Shown here one piece after another: positions 58,465 through 64,000 of a DNA stretch of 64,000 bases. Every line of letters starts with the position of its first letter. Within the stretch, counting starts at the first letter, position 1. Both the position numbers and the translations under genes were made by a program. Origin of the DNA: an uncultured Chloroflexia bacterium (GTDB lineage Bacteria; Chloroflexota; Limnocylindria; Limnocylindrales; CSP1-4). The notes under the pieces were generated by a model. It saw nothing but the letters and a program-made list of their open reading frames with translations, had not been told where the DNA came from and made no database searches. The stretch covers positions 696,497 through 760,496 of the forward strand of contig CAWABV010000008.1 in NCBI GenBank assembly GCA_963780375.1. Reading direction: 5' to 3'.

Positions 58465-59799
58465 GTGGACGATCCCTTCGCTGGCGACGAGCGTCAGCAC
58501 AAGAGCTGGCGCGACTTGCCGCCTACCCCACCACTCATCTGGCCCACTCCCTCACCGGCACTCGCGACCGCGACGGTCGGTTTCGGTGCGTCATCGGTTC
58601 CCAGCGCGGGAGTAGCGAGGCGGCCCCGACGCCGGCTCGTCGTCGGCACCGCCCTCGTGATCGGGGCGATGGTCCTGGTCGGCACCGGGATCCTCGCCAC
58701 GAACAGACTTCTCGGGGCGCAGCTGCCGCCGCTTGCTTCGACCGGTGGCCCGGGCGAGCCGGACAAGGCGGCCGCCGTGATCCCGCCGACCGATGAGCCA
58801 CTCGCCGACACGGCGGCGCGGCTCCTCCCCTCGGTCGTCCAGATCGAGGCCGCCGGCGCGGTCGGTTCCGGGTTCGTGGCGGCCGACGGAGGTCTCATCC
58901 TGACCGCGTCACACGTCGTCGGTCGGTCGGACGCCGTCACGCTCCGGCTCTACGACGGCACGAGCATCTCCGGCGCCGTGGTCGCGGTCGACAAGTCCAT
59001 CGATACCGCGGTCATCCGGGCGGATGAAGGCGCGGCGTCCGATCTGAAGCCGTTCGTCCTCGGCGCCCTCGCCGATGTGCAGGTCGGCGAAATGACGATC
59101 GCCGTGGGGAGTCCGTTCGGCCTGAGCCAGACGGTCACCACGGGCATCGTGAGCGCCCTCGGCCGCACGGTCCCCACGCCAGTCGGGGAGCTGCATGACC
59201 TGATCCAGACGGACGCCGCGATCAACTCAGGCAACTCAGGCGGTCCGCTTGCCGACCGGGAAGGTCGGGCGATCGGCATCAACACCGCCATCGCGAGCGC
59301 TTCAGGGGGCAGCGATGGCATCGGCTTCGCCGTGCCCGTCGACCAGGCCGAGCGGATCCTGAACAAGGTCCAGGACGGCACGTGGAAGGCGGAGGACAAC
59401 GATCCCGCCGACACCATGGACCCGCTCGGTGGACTGTTCGACCAGTTCCTCGGTCCTGACGGTCTGGACGGCCTGCGTGACCTCTTCGGCCTCGGGCCTG
59501 ACGGGTCGCAGACGCCGAACGGCCCATCCGGCCGCTCCGACATGGCGGATCGGATCCTGCGCCAGCTGCTCGACGAGCTGCAGCGTGAGCTCGCGCCAGG
59601 GACTCCGACTCCACAGCCGACGCCGGATATCGGGCCGAGGCCGGACGCGACGCCGGCGCCAGATCGTGCCGATGGCCAAGCCGCCGACTCCTTCGAGCGC
59701 CTGCTGGAGCAACTCATGGACGAGCTATTCGGGGGGTTGCCCCCAGACGGTTCGATCCCATCCGCCCCCGACGAGGGCAACCCCGGCCAGGGAGCATGA
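58465..59799 (+). CDS. Membrane-anchored trypsin-like (S1C/HtrA/PepD-type) serine protease without PDZ, with an acidic Pro-rich C-terminal tail; module 2
   Basis: LTASHVV (His), DTAVIR (Asp), NSGNSGGPLAD (Ser). Tail contains LLDELQRELAPG and LLEQLMDELFGG. Confidence 0.8.
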   Translation: MDDPFAGDERQHKSWRDLPPTPPLIWPTPSPALATATVGFGASSVPSAGVARRPRRRLVVGTALVIGAMVLVGTGILATNRLLGAQLPPLASTGGPGEPDKAAAVIPPTDEPLADTAARLLPSVVQIEAAGAVGSGFVAADGGLILTASHVVGRSDAVTLRLYDGTSISGAVVAVDKSIDTAVIRADEGAASDLKPFVLGALADVQVGEMTIAVGSPFGLSQTVTTGIVSALGRTVPTPVGELHDLIQTDAAINSGNSGGPLADREGRAIGINTAIASASGGSDGIGFAVPVDQAERILNKVQDGTWKAEDNDPADTMDPLGGLFDQFLGPDGLDGLRDLFGLGPDGSQTPNGPSGRSDMADRILRQLLDELQRELAPGTPTPQPTPDIGPRPDATPAPDRADGQAADSFERLLEQLMDELFGGLPPDGSIPSAPDEGNPGQGA

Positions 59800-60893
59800 C
59801 CGTGAGCATCGACATGTCCGCAACTCGCCTCGCCCAGATCCGACACGAGCTGGGCCGGGTCATCGTCGGCCAGGACCGGGTCATCGATCGGCTCCTCGTT
59901 GCCGTGCTCGCAGACGGGCACGTCCTGCTCGAGGGCGCGCCCGGGCTCGGCAAGACGATGCTGCTCGCGACCCTGGCCCGGATCCTCGGTGGCTCCTTCA
60001 ATCGGATCCAGTTCACACCGGACCTCATCCCGTCCGACATCGTCGGGACCCGGATCTACCGGCCGTCGTCGGAGGTGTTCGACGTCGAACCCGGCCCGAT
60101 CATCGCCAACGTAGTCCTGATCGACGAGATCAACCGCGCCCCGGCGCGCGTCCAGTCGGCGTTGCTCGAAGCGATGGCGGAGCGGCAAGTCACAGTCGGC
60201 GGTCGCACGTTCGCGATGCCGCGGCCATTCCTCGTCGTGGCCACCCAGAATCCCGTCGAGTCCGAGGGCGTCTACCCGCTCGCGGAAGCACAGCGCGACC
60301 GATTCCTGATGCGAATCCCGGTCGATTACCCGACCCCGAGCGAGGAACGCGCGATCGTCGCCCGGATGGCGGACGAACCACCCCAGGCGGCGCGCCTGCT
60401 CGATCCTGCCGACGTCGTCGATCTGCAGCTCGCTGCCCGGCGAGTCGTGATCGACGATGCAGCATCCGACTACGCGATCCGCCTGGTGCTTGCGACCCGC
60501 GACCCGGTGGCGCATGGGCTGCAAAAGCTGGTGGGACTCCTCGAGTACGGCGCGAGCCCGCGCGCATCGCTCGGGCTGGTCCGGAGCGCCCGGGCCATGG
60601 CCCTCCTGCGCGGGCGCATGCGTGCGGTCCCGCAGGACGTATACGACGTCGCGTACGACATCCTGAATGCACGCCTCGCGCTGTCCTACCGGGCACTGGC
60701 CGAGGGCTTCACGATCGACGACGTCCTCGTCGAGCTGCTCACCACGGTCCCAGCGCCCGGTTCCGCAGCGTGGCCTCCGCCGGTCCCCGCGGCCCCCACG
60801 CTTCAGCCGCCTCCGGCGTATGCGGCTGCACCGTCGGGCGCATCAGCACCGCCGCCGATCGTCCTGCCGGGCGATCCACCGACCACGAGGTGA
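59796..60893 (+). CDS. MoxR-family AAA+ ATPase (MRP subfamily), module 2
   Basis: ATGA overlap with the protease stop. LLEGAPGLGKT, LIDEINRAPARVQSALLE, VVATQNPVE. Pro-rich C-terminal tail. Confidence 0.9.
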   Translation: MTVSIDMSATRLAQIRHELGRVIVGQDRVIDRLLVAVLADGHVLLEGAPGLGKTMLLATLARILGGSFNRIQFTPDLIPSDIVGTRIYRPSSEVFDVEPGPIIANVVLIDEINRAPARVQSALLEAMAERQVTVGGRTFAMPRPFLVVATQNPVESEGVYPLAEAQRDRFLMRIPVDYPTPSEERAIVARMADEPPQAARLLDPADVVDLQLAARRVVIDDAASDYAIRLVLATRDPVAHGLQKLVGLLEYGASPRASLGLVRSARAMALLRGRMRAVPQDVYDVAYDILNARLALSYRALAEGFTIDDVLVELLTTVPAPGSAAWPPPVPAAPTLQPPPAYAAAPSGASAPPPIVLPGDPPTTR

Positions 60894-61831
60894 CCTCCAC
60901 CCGGCGTGTCGGTCTCGACCTCCCGGCACGGCTACGCCGCATCGAGCTCGCGGTCGGCCACAAGGTGATCGGCCGGCGAGACGGCCATCATGCCTCGGTC
61001 GTGCTCGGCCACGGTGTCGAGCCCGGGGAAGCCCGACCGTACGAGCCGGGCGACGATGTGCGCCGGATGGACTGGTCGATCCTTGCCCGGACCGGCGAAC
61101 CGTTCGTCCGAGACGCGATCCAGGAGCGCGACCTCGACGTCGCCGTCCTGGTCGACCGGTCCGGCAGCCTCGACTTCGGGACGGTCGGCTGGCGCAAGGC
61201 CGATCTCGCGCTCAACGTCGCATCGGCCGTGGCTGGGCTCGCCGTCCTCGGCGGCGACCGGATCGGAGCGGTCGTCGCGACCGCCGGTGGGCCACGGATC
61301 GTCCCGATCCGTGGAGGTCGCCGGCATCTGGTGGGCCTCGTCGGCAGCGTGGCACGGTCGCCACTCGGCGGCCAGGTCGATCTCGGTCACGCCATCGACG
61401 TCCTCCGACGTGTGCTGCGACGCGGTGGGCTCGCTGTCGTGGTCTCGGACTTCATGCCTGCGCCCGAGACCTGGAGCCCGGCGCTTGCGCGGCTCGGACG
61501 CCGGAGCGAGGTCATCGCCGTCGAGGTCCTGGACCCGCGCGAACTCCGACTGCCTGACGTCGGCTTGCTGGTGGTCGAGGATCCCGAGACCGGCCGACAA
61601 CGGACGATCGACACGAGCGACGAGCGCTTCCGCGTCCGACTGGCCGAGATCGCCCACCGTCGCCAGGCCGCGAGATCGTCGGCGATCACGCGCGCCGGGG
61701 CGACCCACCTGCGATTGCGGACGGACACCGAGTGGACCGGTCCGCTCGCGGCCTGCCTCGACCAACGCCGTCGTGCCCGATCGCTGGGTCGGCACGTGGC
61801 GTCCGGTCCCACGAGCGGAGCTGGCCGATGA
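60890..61831 (+). CDS. DUF58-family protein, module 2
   Basis: GTGA overlap. GVEPGEARPYEPGDDVRRMDWSILAR. This is the last part of composite ORF 59429..61831. Confidence 0.85.
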   Translation: MTSTRRVGLDLPARLRRIELAVGHKVIGRRDGHHASVVLGHGVEPGEARPYEPGDDVRRMDWSILARTGEPFVRDAIQERDLDVAVLVDRSGSLDFGTVGWRKADLALNVASAVAGLAVLGGDRIGAVVATAGGPRIVPIRGGRRHLVGLVGSVARSPLGGQVDLGHAIDVLRRVLRRGGLAVVVSDFMPAPETWSPALARLGRRSEVIAVEVLDPRELRLPDVGLLVVEDPETGRQRTIDTSDERFRVRLAEIAHRRQAARSSAITRAGATHLRLRTDTEWTGPLAACLDQRRRARSLGRHVASGPTSGAGR

Positions 61832-62793
61832 TCCCGTTCGCCCCCGATCTCACGTTCCTTGCGCCCGAGCGGTTCGCGCTCCTCCTGGTGCCGATCCTGT
61901 TCGCGGCGCTGTACGTCGTCAGGCAGCGCCGACGGCGGGCCTACGTGGTCCGGTACACCGATCTGGACCTGATCGACACGGTGGCGCCGCGACGTCCGGG
62001 CCTTCGGCGTCATCTCGTCGCCGCCGTCTACCTGACAGCGACGGCCCTCCTCGTCATCGCGGCGGCCCGCCCCGCTCTCGCGACCGAGGTCGCGAATGAG
62101 CCGACGCTCGTGCTCGCGTTCGACACCTCGCTGTCGATGGAAGCGACCGATGTCGCCCCCAGCCGCATCGTGGCTGCCCGTGACGCTGCCCATCGGTTCA
62201 TCGAGGTCGTCCCGTCGGGTGTCCGGGTGGGCCTGGTCGCGTTCGACGGGACAGCTCGCGTCATCATCCCGCCGACGACGTCGAAGACGGTCCTCGACCG
62301 GGCCATCGACCGCCTGTCACTGGGCCAGGGGACGGCCATCGGCGAGGCGATCTACACGTCACTGGACCTGCTCGAGTCGGACTCGCCGGCCGATGCCGAT
62401 GACGCATCCTCGGGGTCGATCGTGTTGATGTCGGACGGCGACACGACGATGGGCCGACCGGACGGGCAGGCGGCCCGTGAGGCGGAGAGCCGTGGCGTCA
62501 AGGTGAGCACCGTCGCCTTCGGCACCGACCATGGATCGGTCGTGGTCGACTTCATGCCTGTCGCTGTCCCGGTCGATCGTCAGGCGCTGCGAGACATCGC
62601 CGAGACCACCGGCGGCAGGGCATTCGAGGCCGACTCGGCCGAGAAGATCGTGTCCGTGTTCGAGGACATCGGCGAGGGGGTCGGTACGCGGACGGAGCCG
62701 CGGGAGATCACCGACGGCCTGGCCGTCGCCGCGCTCGTCGCAGCAGCTGTCGCCGCGGCCGGCTCGCTCGCCTGGTTCGCTCGCATCCCGTAG
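61828..62793 (+). CDS. vWA-domain membrane protein, module 2
   Basis: ATGA overlap. VLAFDTSLSM MIDAS, LMSDGDTT, N- and C-terminal TMs. Confidence 0.85.
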   Translation: MIPFAPDLTFLAPERFALLLVPILFAALYVVRQRRRRAYVVRYTDLDLIDTVAPRRPGLRRHLVAAVYLTATALLVIAAARPALATEVANEPTLVLAFDTSLSMEATDVAPSRIVAARDAAHRFIEVVPSGVRVGLVAFDGTARVIIPPTTSKTVLDRAIDRLSLGQGTAIGEAIYTSLDLLESDSPADADDASSGSIVLMSDGDTTMGRPDGQAAREAESRGVKVSTVAFGTDHGSVVVDFMPVAVPVDRQALRDIAETTGGRAFEADSAEKIVSVFEDIGEGVGTRTEPREITDGLAVAALVAAAVAAAGSLAWFARIP

Positions 62794-62968
62794 TCGGCGG
62801 TCCCGCCGGGCCGACGTCGTCGTCGACGCCTGCGGATCATGCACCGCCCGCAGAGAACAGCCGCCATTCCCGGGTCTCGGGGACGTTCACTCCGCTCACT
62901 ACGCGTGACAGATCGAACCGAATCCGGTCCGTCCTCGGTCATAACGTAGGAGCCGGTCGAATCGACCG

Positions 62969-63538
62969 GTGCGAGCACGGCGACCCAGGATGCAAGCAGA
63001 TCTCGTCGAGAGGGCGCGGAATGGCGACCGAGAGGCATTCGGCCGACTAGCGGCGGGCGAAGTCGATCGCCTCGTTATCATCGCCCGGCTGATCATGCGC
63101 GACGCCGATCAGGCTGACGACGCCGTGCAGGAGGCCCTCATTCGCTGTTGGCGGCAGCTGCCGAACCTGCGCGACGTCGATCACTTCGACGGCTGGCTAT
63201 ATCGGATCCTCGTTCGCACCGCCGCGGACGAGATGAAACGCCACCACCGGATGGTTCGGAACATCCAGGTCCTCCACGTCGAGTCGTCCGGCGACGACTC
63301 CCTCCAGCTGATCGCTGACCGGGAGCAGCTCGAGCGGGGGTTCGATCGCCTCTCGATCGACCAGCGGGCGGTCATCGTCCTGCGCCACTACGTCGGACTC
63401 CCGTTGGTCGAGGTGGCGAGCGCGCTCGGTATCGCCCCTGGAACTGCCAAGTCCCGCTATCACTACGCGATGTCCGCGATGCGGGCGGCACTCGATGCTG
63501 ACGCCCGACCGACCACGCGCAGGAAGGTGGTCGCATGA
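62969..63538 (+). CDS. ECF (sigma-70 family) RNA polymerase sigma factor
   Basis: Region 2: ADDAVQEALIRCWRQL..FDGWLYRILVRTA. Region 4: RAVIVLRHYVGLPLVEVASALGIAPGTAKSRYHYAM. Confidence 0.85.
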   Translation: MRARRPRMQADLVERARNGDREAFGRLAAGEVDRLVIIARLIMRDADQADDAVQEALIRCWRQLPNLRDVDHFDGWLYRILVRTAADEMKRHHRMVRNIQVLHVESSGDDSLQLIADREQLERGFDRLSIDQRAVIVLRHYVGLPLVEVASALGIAPGTAKSRYHYAMSAMRAALDADARPTTRRKVVA

Positions 63539-64000
63539 ACCCGCCCCTGGATCTCGAACTGGTCGTCAGCGATTGGCTGAGGAACGAGGCGTCCGCCTCA
63601 GGTTCGGACCGTGTGCTTGCCGCAACCCTGGGACGTGTCTCGACGGTCCGCCAGGAGCGCCGCCGGCCGGCGTGGTTGCCCATTCCGATGAGCCCGAGGC
63701 TGAAGGTAGCGATGGTGGCCGCGACAGCCGTGGTCTTCGCGGTCGCCAGCGTCGGACTCCTGACCCGAAGTCGCGACATCGGACCCGGCCTCATCGTAGG
63801 GTCGACGCCGACGCCCTCATCGACGCCACCGACAAATCCCCCCGCGGGCGAGATCCCGCCAGGCCAACGCCAATCGCTGACCGTCGACGGCGTTCCGCTC
63901 TCGTTCAGCGTGCCGAATGGCGGCTGGGCGCCTGGCATTCAGCGGAAGGCCTTCGGAGTCTCGCTAAGGGCCGACACCCTGTACATCGCCAAAGGCACGG
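63535..64000 (+). CDS. Putative single-pass anti-sigma factor; 3' end outside the window
   Basis: ATGA overlap with the sigma gene. Short cytoplasmic N-terminus, TM KVAMVAATAVVFAVASVGLL, then a Pro/Thr linker. Confidence 0.5.
   Translation, partial: MNPPLDLELVVSDWLRNEASASGSDRVLAATLGRVSTVRQERRRPAWLPIPMSPRLKVAMVAATAVVFAVASVGLLTRSRDIGPGLIVGSTPTPSSTPPTNPPAGEIPPGQRQSLTVDGVPLSFSVPNGGWAPGIQRKAFGVSLRADTLYIAKGT

Noticed and set aside
59429-61831. An 800-aa plus ORF.
   Set aside because: It is a composite read-through frame overlapping the protease and MoxR genes. Only the last 313 codons (from GTG 60890) carry the DUF58 signature.

Overview
This is a high-GC, gene-dense chromosomal window with about 66 protein genes. 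Third codon positions are almost always G/C, and many genes are linked by 4-nt ATGA/GTGA start-stop overlaps. I recognise no rRNA, tRNA, CRISPR array, IS element or prophage. Domain content suggests an Actinomycetota- or Chloroflexota-type bacterium (PxKF and MBG surface domains, GpgS, a MoxR-DUF58-vWA triad, an MprAB/PepD-like cassette, a Ycf45-like ATPase). I cannot narrow the taxonomy further from sequence alone.

Layout:
- 1-20 kb: housekeeping genes. These are pdxS/pdxT, a leucine-catabolism (methylcrotonyl-CoA carboxylase) cluster, an HNH endonuclease, a CCA-type nucleotidyltransferase, galE and an MFS transporter.
- 20-27 kb: a catalytically degenerate DNA-ligase-like gene, then a five-gene translationally coupled operon built around a USP-USP-GpgS fusion. 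This looks like glucosylglycerate-type compatible-solute synthesis.
- 27-40 kb: a cell-surface island. It holds a roughly 4.7-kb adhesin-like gene with tandem MBG-type repeats and a PxKF C-terminus, a two-component system, and two tandem TadE-TadE-TadG pseudopilin triads whose first members carry PKD domains.
- 40-47 kb: miscellaneous genes (C-N hydrolase, lipoproteins, HAD, SPFH/NfeD, VOC).
- 47-64 kb: two outward-facing modules of trypsin-like protease + MoxR + DUF58 + vWA. They bracket a signalling core (PAS-GGDEF-EAL, CHRD-like protein, cupredoxin, TPR protein, OmpR/HK pair) and are followed by an ECF sigma/anti-sigma pair.

Single-nucleotide frame disruptions are strongly clustered. They fall in pdxS, in the 26.7-31.9 kb surface genes and in the first TadG-like gene. 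I cannot distinguish real gene decay from unpolished assembly error without reads.

All calls rest on my reading of the ORF track, hand translation and recalled family signatures. No database search or computation was run.
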